From Octopus sinensis (Eukaryota): a stretch of DNA of 64,000 nt. Below, piece after piece: positions 13,080 through 27,769 of this stretch; within the stretch, counting starts at the first letter, position 1, and the number at the start of each line of letters is the position of its first letter. The stretch lies in contig NC_043000.1 of the NCBI RefSeq assembly GCF_006345805.1, positions 87,978,001-88,042,000 on the forward strand. The letters are read 5' to 3'. The position numbers and the translations under genes were made by a program. The notes beneath the pieces were generated by a model. That model saw only the letters and a list, made by a program, of their open reading frames with translations, was not told where the DNA came from and searched no databases.

Positions 13080-13630
13080 TAGAGCACAATGCAGTCTTCA
13101 AACCTGTTGGATTCTGTCAATGAGCCCAACTCATACCAGTAAGAAAAATGGATGTTAAAAGATGCTAGGTAGGCTGATGACAAGAGTCTTGGAACCCAGT
13201 AAACAAATAATGCACACGAAAATTGCTATCAACAAAACTTGCATCCTTAATGCACCACTTCATTGCAGTGGAACCTGGAGCATCTATTCCAAAACAGTGC
13301 AATATTTCATTGCCTTCCACTAACACAACTTGAGATAGATTCTGGACATCATGCAGATTGACCAAATCAACAACAAGGTCTTGTGTTGCATGCAGATATC
13401 CAATCTCCTCATCCAAACTGCAACAATAATGCCTTTACTGGCTGAGTCATGTTTGTTACATTTCAGATGGGTGTTATCCCAAAAGACCTGTTGTATGGTG
13501 AACTGAGCTCTGATAAAAGAACTTATTTCATACATGTTTGCAAGAGAGATACAAAGTCACTTTACACAAATGCTTAAAAGTGGAAGGACATTGCTGATGA
13601 ACACATTCTGTCCAGAGACTGGAACTAGAC
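13080..13630 (+). mobile_element. Old RTE/BovB-like LINE fragment
   Basis: TKIAINKTCILNAPL...GTWSIY, WLSHV and IPKDLLYGELSS on the + strand. Confidence 0.75.
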
Positions 13631-16600
13631 GGGGTTTAATACTTTAGCATTTAAACTGGCCATATCCAGTCCAAATATTTTATCTGCTTGATGTTCAAAC
13701 TGACCAGATCCAACCTCACACTTCTACCTTACTATGTTATTCAAAAAATTAGAAATTACACCATCAAAGTCTTGATTCTATGAGATAATGCATGATTAAT
13801 TCAAAATAGTGTGAATAAATGTGCTACATTTGACAGAATAAATTGAACACTAAAGACTGCTTGAGAACTAGTGTCGGTTGGTTTATATTCATGTAACTTA
13901 GCAGTTTCACAAAAGAGATTGACAGTAAAAGGTCAATTTGTTTAACCAAAACCATTCAAAGCAGTGCCCCAGCATGGTTGCAGTCCAAAAACAGAAACAA
14001 ATAAGCAATTATATAAAAAAAAACATAATAATTTGCTAAATATAATTCCATAAAATGTATACCAAACTGAAATAAGTATGGAGTTGAAGTGATTAACAAA
14101 AACCTTAAAAAAAAATTGTGCCCCAGAATAATCACAGTCCAAATGTAGAAAACTGGTTAATAATGAATGAAAGGTATGGCTGTGTGGTAAGAAGCTTGCT
14201 TTCCAACCACATGGTTCCAGGTTCAGTCTTACTGCATGGTACCTTGGGTAAGTCTCTTTTACTATAGCCTCAATCCAACCAAAGCCTCTTGAGTGGATTT
14301 GGTAGAGGGAAACTGAAAAGAAGCCCATTGTATATATATGTATATATCTACGTGTGTGTGTTTGTCTCCCCTCATAACTGCTTGACAACCGGTGTTGGTG
14401 TGTTTATGTCCCTGTAACTAAGCGGTTCAGCAAGAGACCAATAGAATAAGTACAAGGCTTAGAAAATAAATCCTGGGTTGATTTCTTCAACTAAAACCCC
14501 CCAAGGCAATGCTCCAGCATGGCTGCAGTCAAATGACAGAAACAAGTAAAAGAATAACAATGAAACTGAGATTGAAAAAGGAATGCAATATTTATAGATT
14601 TTTCAGTGCTTGCAGACTGAAAACATTAATGACTGGGTATAGTTAACATAGTTTCTGCTCATTTAGAATTCTTTCTGAAGAGAAGAAATAGGAATTAAGA
14701 AATAAGGAAAAAATAAACAGAAAATTATTATTTATTTATTTTTTTTTTCGTTTTATGGATGATAAAAAGAACTCCACAGTTATGGAATATAACTGAAATG
14801 GGGTGGACTTTCCCTTCTTTCATTTTGATTACTAATTAACTGTGAGCAATTAGTAGAATTCTTTTGATAATTTAAAAGTAATTTCAGCATGTGTTACATG
14901 CAAGCATAGCTATAGGCACAAGTGTGGTAGAAACGTTAGCACGCCGGGCAAAATGCTGGTGGATTTTCATCTGCCATTACGTTCTGAGTTCAAATTCCGC
15001 CAAGGTCAACTTTGTCTTTCATCCTTTCGGGGTCAATAAATTAAGTACCAGTTACACACTGGGGTCGATGTAATCGACTTAATCCCTTTGTCTGTCCTTG
15101 TTTGTCCCCTCTGTGTTTAGCCCCTTGTGGCCAATAAAGAAACAAGTGTGGCTGTGTGACTGAGAAGCTTGCTTTTCAACCTCATCATTTTGGATTCAGT
15201 CTAACTGCATAGTATCTTGGCAGCTAGTCTTCAGGGTGGATTTGATAGACTGAGACTGAAAGAAACCTGTCATATGCACGTGCATGTCATCATCATCATC
15301 ATCCAGTGTTTTAAATCCGGGTTTTGTCTCCACTAATGGGGATCGCTGGATCTACTTCAATGCCATAGCAACCAAGGTAGGCAGGTGCAGCCCACCCACC
15401 TTTGGGCTGGATGGTACCAATTCTCCTTTGCTATCATGAGGCTTTTTGGAGCTGAATTTTCTACAGGGAGCATTCCTTTGCTTAACCCCAACCTCAGTTT
15501 CTAGATATGCGACCAAGGCCTCTACCGTGATTTTTAAGAAATGTGGTGGAAAACTAGCTCAGGAAGGCAGGGACACTATTCCCTAAGACCCCTTTCAGAG
15601 CCCCCTACCCAGAGCCTCCAGAAACAGCTGTTGGATTTGTAATTCTTTTCCTCCACTCCTTAATTCCCTATATCATTTGTACTCTGTGTAAGTTGGACCT
15701 TTTTATATGTATACAGATTTACATTTTTTTGTATTTCATGTATTTAATATACTTAACAAATTGATCTGTCTAATTTGCTTATCCCTACATTTACACACAC
15801 ACATTTATATATATACAAAGTGGCACGTGAAAAAAAACATTTGAGCGAGGTCGTTGCCAGTGTCACTGGACTAGCTCCTGTGCAGGTGTCACATAAAAAG
15901 CACCATTTGAGCATGGCCATTGCCAGTACCGCCTGACTAGCCCTCATGCCGGTGGCACATAAAAGCACCCACTACACTCTCGGAGTGGTTGGCGTTAGGA
16001 AGGACATCCAGCTGTAGAAACTCTGCCAGATCAGATTGGAGTCTGGTGCAGCCATCTGGTTCGCCAGACCTCAGTCAAATCGTCCAACCCATGCTAGCAT
16101 GGAAAGCGGACATTAAACGATGATGATGATGATAATGACAAACAGATAGTTACATAAAGATATATGGAGAAGTGTTAGTATCTCCTTGTTTTGACATTGT
16201 GTGACAGCTGTAAACAAGTGTTGCCATCATACAAGCAATGTCCTTCATTTTCAACAACATAATTATATCGAGACATATTACTTTAAACATTAAAAAAAAA
16301 ATAAACAGTGAATTTTTGTAGTAAAATTTGTCAATTTGTAGCAGTACCCCAGCATGGCCAACACCCTCTGATTGGAACTAGTAACAAAAAGAAAAAAAAA
16401 TGATATAAAAGAATAAATTTCTATATAATAATGGTTTCAAAAAGGCTATCTGTTTTCCATGCTGGCATGAGCTAGATGGTTTGGCTAGTACTGCTAAGTC
16501 AGAGAGCTGTACCAGGCTCCTGTCTGGATTGGCTTGGTTTCTACAGCTAGATGCCCTTCCTAATACCAGCCACTCCAGAGTGTAGTGAGTGCTTTTACAC

Positions 16601-16728
16601 TTGCCACTGGACCGGGTACTTTTCATGTGTCACTGGTACCGGTGCATTATACAGGTTCATTTTACAATAGCAAAAAGTATACTTCCAAAGTTACCCTTTA
16701 TATGATAAGTGACTTTCTAACACTTTAA

Positions 16729-16946
16729 CCATTTAGCATTCAGATAACTTTGTCAAATGTAGTGCTTACTTATTCACACTGTTTCGTAATAATCGTATTA
16801 TCTTGTAAGTTTGAGATTTCAATGATGTGACTGCTTACTTCTAGAATGACATTGTAGGGTAAGTATGAGAGATTGGATTCGGTTGGTTTGAGCACAAAAT
16901 AGGTAGAACATTTGGATTAGATATAGCTTTTTTAAATGCTAAAGGG
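16729..16946. mobile_element. piggyBac-type MITE, about 23 bp from the FOCAD exon donor
   Basis: TTAA flanks; ccatttagcatt / aatgctaaaggg ends. Same family as 9570-10026, 13638-13852 and 35596-36147. Confidence 0.8.
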
Positions 16947-16969
16947 TTAATATCTTGCATGATACTTAC

Positions 16970-17041
16970 TTCTGTTGAAGTAGAAGTCAGAGGTCCTGGA
17001 TTCTTTTTCTTCAATATACTTGTTTTTAGTTTGAGGGCAGC
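16970..17041 (-). CDS. FOCAD: Focadhesin coding exon, 72 nt, phase 0-0 (AALKLKTSILKKKNPGPLTSTSTE)
   Basis: Pyrimidine-rich acceptor (ttttctgccag|) and GTAAGT donor. Joins in frame to exon 10377-10531. Position and size correspond to the remembered vertebrate FOCAD segment AVGHLIAAVLKENG...STNQ just before TPALNLLW. Confidence 0.75.
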
Positions 17042-17277
17042 CTGGCAGAAAAAACAAAGAAAAAGATTTTAAAAGGCAAGAAAAAAAATTAATGAGCTGT
17101 TTTGCTGACGTAAATGTTAAAATAGTATAGTCTGCTGCTTTAATGTAAGATTGAGTAATACTTCAGGAGCAGAATTTGGCAGATGGGAAAATTGTGCAGA
17201 GCACATCATGCATGCATGTAAGCTTGCATTAATGAATGTACATACGTATGCATGTGTGTGTATGAATATACATACAT

Positions 17278-17349
<72 letters not shown>

Positions 17350-17525
17350 GGTGCAGGTGTGGTAAAAAGCTTACTTTCCAACCACATTGTTCCAGGTTTA
17401 GTCCTACTGCATGAAACTTTGGCCAAGCCAAGTGTCTTCTACTATAGCCTCAGGCCAACCTAAGCCTTGTGAGTGGATTTAGTTGACAGAAATAGAAAGA
17501 AGCCTGTTGTGTGTATATATATATA

Positions 17526-18792
17526 TCAGGTTATCCCATAAGTCTGTCTAATTTTACCTTTTTTAAAATTGAAAGAAATTTAATAGTATTTTAGAATGTC
17601 TAATGGAATTAAAAATTATTTTTTATACATTTGTGTACATTTAAACTAATTAAATATTATTTTACAGAATAACAGAATTAAAATTTCTTTGATTAAAATC
17701 CTTTCTAACATGGAAATATCCAAAGAGCATTTGAGGCACATAATGCTCTATGAGTACAAAAAAGGAAACTCTGCAGCTGAAGCAACTCGAAACATACACT
17801 CAGTTTATGGGAAAGAATGCTAGAATGAAAGAACTTGCAGAAGATGTTATGCAAAATTCAGAAGTGGAGATTTCAGCCTTGAAGATGAAGATCGAACAAG
17901 ATGTCCAGTTGAGTTTGATAATAAGCTCCTTGAGGCATTACTTGAAGAAAATCCTGCATTATCAGTTGAAAAATTGGCAATAAACCTTAGTTCAAACCAT
18001 ACAACTGTTCATCGCCATCTTCAACAATTTGGAAAGGTTCCTAAACTTGGAAAATGGGTGCTTCATAAATTGTCCAAAAGCAACCGCAAATCTCGAGTTG
18101 ACATCTGCTCTTCTCTCCATTCTCGTGAACTCATTTCACCCTTTTTGGATAGACTTGTGACTGGTGACAAAAAATGGATCTTCTGTAGAAATGTTAAATG
18201 TCGTGAACAGTGGCTTGGTAAAAGGGAAAAAACTCAACCACAAACGAGAAGAGAACTTCATGGAAAAAAAGCTCTGGTGGGATTGCAAAGGAGTAATTCA
18301 CTTTAAATTGTTACAACCTAATGCAACAATCAATGCTCAAGTGTATTGTCAGCTATTAGAGTGTTTGAACCAAGCTTTGAAGAAAAAGAGACCCACTTTA
18401 GTGAATCAAAAAGGAGTGATGTTTCATCAGGACAGTGTGTGACTCTACACTGCAAAGATCACATCACAGAAGATTGAAGAGCTTGGTGGGGAAAAAATTC
18501 GTTATCCGCCTTATTCTCCTGACCTTGCTCCCTCAGACTACCATTTGTTTCCTAGTTTACAGAATCATTTGGGGGACATAACTTTCGCAAGCTTGGAGGA
18601 GGTTGAAACTGACATTTGAGAGTTCTTTGCTTTGAAACCAAAAGAGTTTTATATTGAAGCTTGTAAATAGATGGAAAGGAAGTCATAGATAATCAGGGAA
18701 AGTACATTGATGATAAAATTTCAATTAAATATAACATTTGATCACTTGCTTTCTTTATCCAAAATTTGGACAGAACTTATGGGATGACCTGA
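17526..18792 (+). mobile_element. Mariner (D,D34D) element, near full length, transposase pseudogene about 17710-18715
   Basis: TIRs caggttatcccataagtctgtc / gacagaacttatgggatgacctg in TA repeats. Translation shows VTGD, FHQD and YSPDLAPSDYHLF motifs with stops and frameshifts. Confidence 0.95.
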
Positions 18793-19699
18793 TATATATA
18801 TATATATATCCTAATATAGTAATGAGTGTAGTGTTTTTATATATTTGTCCAAAGCTATGCAGCCAGAGTAAATGGTGAAGGGAGAGGAAAGAAAATAGTA
18901 ATTCAGTGAAGGAGAAGTACAGAGAGTAATAGCCATGACTGAGAGAGAGAGAGTGAGAGAAAGTAATAGCAATGAGAGAGAGGAGGTGGCAAAGAGAGTA
19001 TCGTGTATCTTCTATTATAATCTAATATAATAAAACTCTTCTGTATTTCTCCAACACAGTATATGAATGAGAAAGGAAGGGGTGGTTGACCGATAGAAGT
19101 GGGATTGTGAAAAGTCAACAGTGAAACAAAAATCAAATAGTGCTTCAACTCTGAGTATATGCGTGTGCGTGTAAAAGGGAGGAATGTGAATGTTTGTGTG
19201 TCTGTGTGTATGTGTGTGTTTGTGTATGTTTATTTAGAAAGATACATAGAAAATAGAATTACAGACATGAGGTTTTATACACACACACACATATATACAT
19301 ATTTATATATAAACAGACACACTTAAAAAGGAAGGAAGCAGGCTGTGACAAAGTATAGAAAACCGCATTCGCTACAAACTGTGCTACTCATACATATAAA
19401 TGTATACATATGCGCACCTGCGCACACACACAGATTTGAAGTACTGTTTGATTTTTTTTCCACCATTTTATACCCTTTGCCATCATTTTTAACGGCAAGG
19501 GGTCAGCTAGTATATATATATAATAAAAATGAATGTCTGTGTGGGAGTGTGCATGTGTGTGTCTGTCTGTCCATCTATAGCAAGAAAGACTACAACATCT
19601 ATATAAAAACTAAAAGATAATAATTCTTGTGTAAAATTTTACGCCAGAGACAATGGAAGTGGTCCAGAGTCTCTAGCAGCCCTCCAGAGGTAGCTAATG

Positions 19700-20000
19700 G
19701 CCCTTTTCCAACATGTACACATTGCAGTCACAGCTCTCGCAGCATTATGACTGGGTGCTAAGGCAGCTACTCAACAATTCAAATGTTGAAGTGAAATATC
19801 TTGATTTACAAAAGCCTTTGACAAAGATGACCATAGTATAATTTGTCACAAGCTTCAAAATCTTGCCATATTTGGAAACTTGGAGAATGTCTACATGACT
19901 TTCTAGAAAGAAGTCAGGTAGTGCTTCCAAGAAAGCACAAATAATGAGTGGTGTTCCACAGGGTAATGTCCTGTGGCCATTGATATTCATTGCGGTCCTC
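19700..20000 (+). mobile_element. CR1-type LINE RT fragment
   Basis: YLD.(T)KAFDK.DH and SGVPQGNVLWPLIF motifs with frameshifts. Confidence 0.85.
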
Positions 20001-20683
20001 ATATTCAATACATTTTAAGTGAATAACTTTCAATATTCATAGTACAATTTTGCTAGTTTTTTTCAACCTAGTCAATGACAGGTGTTTAGGTGCAGGAGTG
20101 GTTGTGTGGTAAGTAGCATCGTTCCGGGTTCAGTCCCACTGTGTGGCACCTTGGGCAAGTGTCTTCTACTATAGCCTTGGGCTGACCAAAGCCTTGTGAG
20201 TGGATTTGGTAGAGAGAAACTGAAAGAAGCCCATTGTGTGTTTCTGTGTTTGTTCCCCCACCATTGCTTGACAACCGATGCTGGTGCATTTACAACCTTG
20301 TAACTTAGCGGTTTGGCAAAAGCGACTGATAGAATAAGTACTAGGTTTACAAAGAATAAGTCTTGGAGTCAAATTGTTCAACTGAAGGCGGTGCTCCAGC
20401 ACAGCCGCAGTCAAATGACTGAAACAAATAAAAGAATATATACACATACATATATATGTGTGTGTGTGTCTTTGTGCTTGTATTTGTCTTCCCATCACTA
20501 CTTGACAACTGGTGTTGATGTGTTTGGTAAAAGAGATCAATAGAATAAGTGCCAGGCTTCAAAAAAATAAGTACTGAAGTCCATTCAATTAAGAGAAATT
20601 CAAGGTCGTGCCCCAGCATAACTACAGTCTAATGACTGAAACAAATAAAGATAAGATATATATATATATATATATATATATAT

Positions 20684-22270
20684 CTACACAAGCTGTGAAC
20701 CCAGCATTTTTCGTGTTTTCCGTGTTGAAGTTAAGCTCACCTCTGACCTTCTATTGAAATCTTCTACGATCCTCATGCCAACTATTACCCATTAAGATGT
20801 TATATCTAGTTTGGCAGGGATGTTACCCAATTAATGCTTTTGACATACTTCTACATACTAGACCGCCTGAAATCACAGTCAAACTTTTGGGTGTATCTTG
20901 ACCGTTGTTTAGTTCTCTCCCCTTAATGCTACCATACTGACATCAATTCACTCATCGATTTTCATCAAAATTGGACAAAAATAAAATGAAAAAGCTGCAG
21001 GAAAAATAACATCGTTATTGGAATTTCTATTCAAACGTCTGGCTGAGCTAACAAAAATCAATGCCAACTGATCATTATCGAGTTTTCGAAAAAACTCTGG
21101 CCTTACTTCAGGGCATGTGATCTACCTATGTGCCAAAAATCATTAAAATCTGTTGGATGGTGTGAGAGGAGTTAGTGTAACCCCAAACACACACAGACAC
21201 CATTACACATTTATGTATATAGATATATATACTAGCAAATGCACCCATCCTTTAGACAGTTTAAGTTGCTTGGGTGGTATTATTTTCACCAAATAATTGA
21301 ACTACCAAGAAGGTTTATGAGTAGCATGGCAATCTATGTTTCTGATTAACCTAGGAACGGAAAATCAAACTGGAGGCTGGTTATTGTGGAGGTTGTTGTG
21401 CTTTAATTATCACAGAACATATAATTTTGCAAGTGATGTAAAGTGTTTTGGGGGTAGATTATGGATAATGACTTGAAATATAGTTGTCTTACATGAAAAT
21501 GAAATTTCTGTGATTGTTTAAAAAAGGCTAGAACAACAATGCTACAACATATTTGAAACAATGGACAACAGTCAAAATATCATATTGGATGTGTGAATAA
21601 GCATCCTTAAAGTGAAACAACACACAGGTAGGTAAACAAAGGTATCAACAAATAGAAGAGAGGGACGGGAACATCATCTTTCAAGTAACTCAGAATAGGT
21701 AAAAGTAAGCTTGCCAAAGTTTAATGCAGTTTAAATATGGAGATTAAGATTGTTTGGTATTGGATATTCATTGAGTACAGTGTTCCTAGTCGATTTAATC
21801 ACTGTCGCAAGTGGACAGTCGAAATAAATAAACAGACAAAATCCTTTCACTTTTATAATATTCTCTAACCAAGACACTTCAAACACACTGATATACATAT
21901 AAAATAAATTTAGAAAGTAATAATACACAATTACAACATACAAATAAATAATATATCAAAAACATATGAAAACCACTAAAAAATATTCTCTAATGCCAAT
22001 ATACGACCATAGATTAAAAAGTATGGAAGACCCTACATTCAAAAAAAAAACTATGGACATACATCGAATTAGAGAAAAACCTGTGTAAACCATCGTTTTT
22101 CCCGGTTTGTCCATTTATGCGGGAGTTCTGGGCAAAATGTTATAGTGCATGACCATTCTTGAAACATAAGTAATGTGTGTAAAGCTTGGTGAAAATCGGT
22201 TGAGAATTGTGGAAATGTATGCATTAGTCAATATACACACACATACTGTGATTTATATAAACCAGACCTT
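20684..22270. mobile_element. Two adjacent non-autonomous Helitron/Helentron-like (HINE) elements, about 20684-21228 and 21229-22270
   Basis: actagc start and ...cacacac...tatatag(at)/tatataa ends, similar to 28720-28865. Confidence 0.55.
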
Positions 22271-22288
22271 TATATATATATGTATGTA

Positions 22289-22332
<44 letters not shown>

Positions 22333-22543
22333 CATATGTGTGTATACAGGTTCACTTCCACTCTATAGCACTTTGGGCAAGTGTCATCTATTATAGTACC
22401 CGTCACAATTGATCATTATCTCCATTATCTCCACAATAGTTATTTCATATTTTATAAACAATCTCTCATGTTTTGTTTTATTTTCTATATTTTCTGTATC
22501 TGTTTGTGTATCTATTTATGTATTTATGAATGTATCTTTATTT

Positions 22544-22580
<37 letters not shown>

Positions 22581-24175
22581 CTATTATGCAAAGGTGTCGT
22601 AAATACAAAATGCTGTTTTTCAGAAAGCGAAAAAATAGTTTCATTAATGACCCTAACCCTAAACACTGAGTGTGAGTATTTTTTACTTTCACCCATAAAT
22701 ACATATGCATACATATAAATACATTTGTGTGTGTGTGCGTGTGAGATAGAGAGGGAGAGAAAGAGAGAGTGACAGTATTTTCTCATAAGATAAAGAGAAA
22801 TGGTTGTCTTTTAATGCAATTTTTGTTTTATATGACTTACTTTAATACCATGTCTATGTGTACATTTTCATAAATGTTTGAGTAGAATTCTACGCATGCG
22901 TGAAATATCAAACAAGTGAAACACAAGCAAATCGAAATATTGTTGGAAAATAACCTCAAAATTGTGTGAGCCAACGTAGTTGCCGAGGCTATTTTAGTTG
23001 TGAGAAAGAGTTGTTGAGTGAAAAACAGTTTATTTGGTAGATAGATAATAAGCAGCAGCTGTTTTGTTGTATTTATTTACATTTGCTTTAAAGTGAAACA
23101 TGTATGAACGGGTATATGAAATGCACATGTGTGAGAGTGAGAGACGGAGATAGAGAGAGAGTGAGTGCCACTTACACATGCATCAGAACACACGTTCATT
23201 TACTTACTCTCTCTCTCTCTCACACACACACAAGCCACACACATGAACATACAAAAAATGTATGCATATCTATTGATGTACGTACGTATACATAACAACA
23301 CACTCCTTCAGTCACTCTCATTCTCCCATTGTCTCTCTTTCTCTTTCCCACACATATATGTACAATTCATATACATGTTCATACATCTTTCACTTTCTCC
23401 TCTCTTTTACATTGAAATATAAGTTAGTAAATAACAGATTTTTACAGAAATTAACTAATGCAGATGACAGTTCTCCAAGTCAAAACGAAAGATCACCTAA
23501 GCAACTTAATTATAATACAGATGTGACTAATTCAGAGAAACATTACTTTCATTATGCACACATCGTCAGTCTTGTAATCCAACACTTTGTAATTTTAGTT
23601 CAAATTCAAAGTGTGAAATTATTTCTACTATCTAATGAAACCCGGTTGTTGTAACTTTCAATATCAGCATGTTTCCCTGTTGGGTGAGTTGGTGGGGTAA
23701 GGGGTAAAACCACATACATATACTTAGGAAGATATAAACACACACAGAAATACATCAACACACACCTTAAGCCTATCTCTGTCCTTGTGTGTGTGTCTGT
23801 GTCTTTAGATGTGTGTGTATTAGTCATCACAAAAATGTATGTATACTGACTGACACAAACACGTCACACACATATATTTGTCAGTCATCAGCCTAAAGCA
23901 TGTAATGAAGTAATGAACGTGCAAACACACTCATAAAGAAAATGTGACGTCATCGTCGTTATGGTAGTGGTGGTGGTAAAAGATGTCGTTTACGATAAGT
24001 GACTAAAAGTAAAATGATAATGTCAAATTTTTGTAATGTAAATATGTGAATGAAAATAAGTTTAGATGGTAGCCAAAAGCTTACTGAATCTTTTGATACC
24101 ACATGCGTCAAAATCAGCAACTCAGTTTTGGAATGCATAAGGAACATACACGCATGCACACACATACATATAAAC

Positions 24176-24217
<42 letters not shown>

Positions 24218-24226
24218 TATATATAC

Positions 24227-24940
24227 TAGCAATGTATCTTGGCGTTGCCTGGGTGTTATGACCTAGAAGCATATTGTATTATTTGCTCCTTTCTTATGGG
24301 CAGAATTGGCACACCTGATATATAGTTAACGGAATAATAGAAGTTATTGTTTGTTTAATAGTGATGGGTGAGGGTACAATTTGCATGTGCTTGCATGAAA
24401 GTGCTTTCTGTTCTTAAGAAGGATCATAAACTATGTATTATTTCATCATGTAAAAGGGGGTTAATACGATTTTGTTCAGAAATCATGTTTGCAATATTTT
24501 AATTTTCCCCCTATACCCACCGCAATTTTTGTAACATTTTTTAATTTGTTTTTGTTTTTTTGTTATTTTTATCTATGTAGAAAAATAGAGATTATGAATC
24601 TGGGAAATATAATTTTTGTACTTTAATTTTTCTTAAAGAAACACTCAATGCCCCTTCCCCCACCTTGCATACGTATCACCTGCCAGTTTTTTGTTTGTAA
24701 TTGGTTATCCTGTTGTCAGTTCAATGGTGAAATATTAAAATGATACCCATCTTGTCCATTCCACAGAATAAGAGTAAACTGGAGAACAACATAGAGGGAT
24801 GAGTCTGTGAAACACGTTTGAGGTTGTTATCTCGAATATGAATAAGAAAATCATGATCACCAACCATAAGGATGGCTACTTCATTAGATGTAGGCTCATT
24901 AAAACAGAACAAAATGTTCTTTACTTTAGTTTACTATAGA
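24227..24940 (-). mobile_element. Helitron remnant with a Rep-region fragment
   Basis: FNEPTSNEVAILMVGD...RDNNLKRVSQTHPS resembles the Helitron Rep N-terminal region; actagc...ggcgttgcctggg end. Confidence 0.75.
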
Positions 24941-27324
24941 TGTAAGGAATGCAGAAACACACACATGGCTGTGTGGTTAAGGAGTTTGTTTCCCAACCAT
25001 ATTGTCTTAGGTTCAGTCCCACTGCATGGCATCTTGAGCAAGTGCCTTCTTCGATAGCCATTCACCTTATATATAAGCATGGAAAAATACACATTAATAT
25101 GATGCTGCTGGTAGTGATGATAAAGATAGAAATGAACATATTTATTGCTTTCTGCATTAAATATTTTGACATGATCTCAACAGTTTGGTTTATCCAGGGG
25201 AATTAATTTTCCTTTTTATTCCCGTATTTCCACTATGTTTTGATTATCTTCTAGCTTACACTTTCTAAATATTTGCATATCCTTTAACAAAGTATGAACT
25301 CAAAATCTTTATATCTAAGGCAAGGTTTCAGTGGTCTTATTTCCTCTGTTACAGTCATGGAGAGTATCTGAAAACGACTGGAAAATATTATGATCAACAA
25401 ATACCACAGATAGAAAAGCAACATAAGTTATTATAACTCATGCAATTGTGATTTTAATTGCAATATTCTAAAACTATTGATTAGCTGCCTAATTCGAAGC
25501 CAATATGGAATTCAACTTGTTTTCATAGTACAAAGTGTAATTGACAATGAATTGCTTGCCATCTATTTGTGAGAATGTTACGACAGCAAAACTTTCTTCC
25601 AAAACCAATATTCTCACTATAGATATTTTAATCAGATTAGTTTCCCCTTAGGAATTTTACATCACTTTAGGTGTGAACTCATCCTAATTCCATAAAATTT
25701 CAATTTTCAGACTAGAATACCATGTCAAAATCGATCTCACATTATACAAGCAAGCATATACTTAATGTTACCTTCCATCTCTCATTCTGTTACATAATTT
25801 AAAGGAATATTAAACCCAAAATTAATCAAATAATTAGCAAATAAAAATATAAGGACATCATAAGGTCATTATTTTCATGTATTTTGCACTATTAACTTTC
25901 GTAGCCACTTATATCTAAAAGAAATTATGTTGCTATGTAACCTTGAATATGAGTGCATTTTGGTTTTTAAGTAACACACACTTCCTTGGCAGACTCCCAA
26001 GTATCTTCCGAACGAAATTGAAAAATCAATTTCATATTTTGCTTGATAATTATCGTGGTGGGAAAGGAATTGGACTTTCTAGCTTCAGTAGTTTCTGAGA
26101 AACCAGAATATATACTTAAGCAATCAATCAATTAAGCAAACAAGCTGAACACAAACTGAGGCACCTTATATATTGGTGGTTGGATATATTGCATGGTGGT
26201 GGGCAGTGGATACAATGATAGCAGCGTATAATATTATTCATAGAGTGTTAAATAACAATGAACTTTACTGGAAAAGTTTCTTTGAGAGTGAATATTAATT
26301 TTCATCATTATCAACTGCTGCTGCTAGAACTATATCATCATCCACAACTACAAGCATCTCTGCTACTACCAGCACCACCACAATTGTTACCATTATTATC
26401 ATATTTATTCATCACTCACAAATCTTCAACACTATTTGAATAATATATTCATTAAACTATTTCTCTCTCTCAGACAAATATACACACCAACGTAAATAAA
26501 TATTTATTTTTACCCATTTCCCAAACAAGGTAATCATATCGAAGAAATTTAATCTTCCATTAATTCCATTTCTTCTACATCAAAAAGTGTCCAGATTTTA
26601 AGAGTCTTTGATCTTTTCAAAAATGTAAAACATTATAATGATGGTAAGTCTCTAAAAAGACTGGGTTATGGAGGCACTTATAAATACTCATCCAGGGTAG
26701 GCTGCTCTAGCTGTAGTCAATCCCTTACCTAGCTGAACTCAGTATTACAAATTAGTAAAACACAACTCAATTAAGCAACATGTCTTAATCATACATCATG
26801 CCTCAACTGTAGGTGCAGGCATGGTTGTGTGGATAAGAAGCCTGCTTCCCGGTTATGTTGTCTTGTGTTCAGTCCCACTGTGTGGTACCTTGGTTAAGTG
26901 TCTTCTACACTAGCCCAGGGAGTAGATTTGGGGTAGACAAAAACTGAAAGAAGCTTGTCACATATGTGTGTGTGTGATCATCATCATCATCATCATCATC
27001 ATTCTTTAACATCCATTTTCCATGTTGGCATGGGTTGGATAGTTTGACTGGAGCTGGCAAACAGGAGAGCCGCATTAGGTTCCAGTTTGATTTGGTTTGG
27101 TTTCTATGGCTGGATGCCCTTCATAACACTAACAACTTCACAATGTGTGCTGGGTGCCTTGAATGTGACACTAACATAAGTACTTCTTACATGGCACCAG
27201 TGCAGAGCTCTTGCAGGCTAATCCTCTTCATCAGGAGGAGTGACATTAAAGCTTCTGGTGTGGAGGACAGGTCTTCCTGAATACAGTATGGCACCAGATA
27301 TATGTGTGTGTGTGTATATATATA

Positions 27325-27437
27325 GGAGAGTTCACGAAAAAATCAAAAGACGAAGACAGGTGGTGTAGAATACAAACAGATGTATTAGTATAACGCCCAG
27401 GAATAGAAGGGACACAGAAAAAAAAACAAGGAGAGAA
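27325..27437 (-). repeat. PLE-derived repeat copy lacking the hammerhead-like segment
   Basis: Collinear with 3182-3333 except for a deletion of about 45 nt. Confidence 0.7.
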
Positions 27438-27769
27438 ATATATATATATATATATATGTATGTATATGCATGTGCATGCATATATGTGTATATGAGTGTT
27501 CACCTTGTCTTGACATCATGTGATTGTTGTAAACAAGTATCACTACCACGCAAGCAATATTGTTCATTTCCAATTTTCTATTAAAGACATATCTGGCCAT
27601 GGAAAATATCACCTTGATTGGAAACAGGTGAGGGTCAGTAACAAGATGAATGTAGATATAATGGAGATATTGTATGTAAATGGGTACATTCCAAAAAGGG
27701 GTTGCAATGGGAGCCAGCAACAGGGAAGTGAATTGTCAAAATATTGCAGAAGGCGAAGGGCTGATATTG

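Noticed and set aside
24085-24138. ATG plus 18 codons and a GTAAGC phase-0 donor as the FOCAD start exon
   Set aside because: Size and phase fit, but MHSKTELLILTHVVSKDS does not resemble the FOCAD N-terminus; left unresolved.
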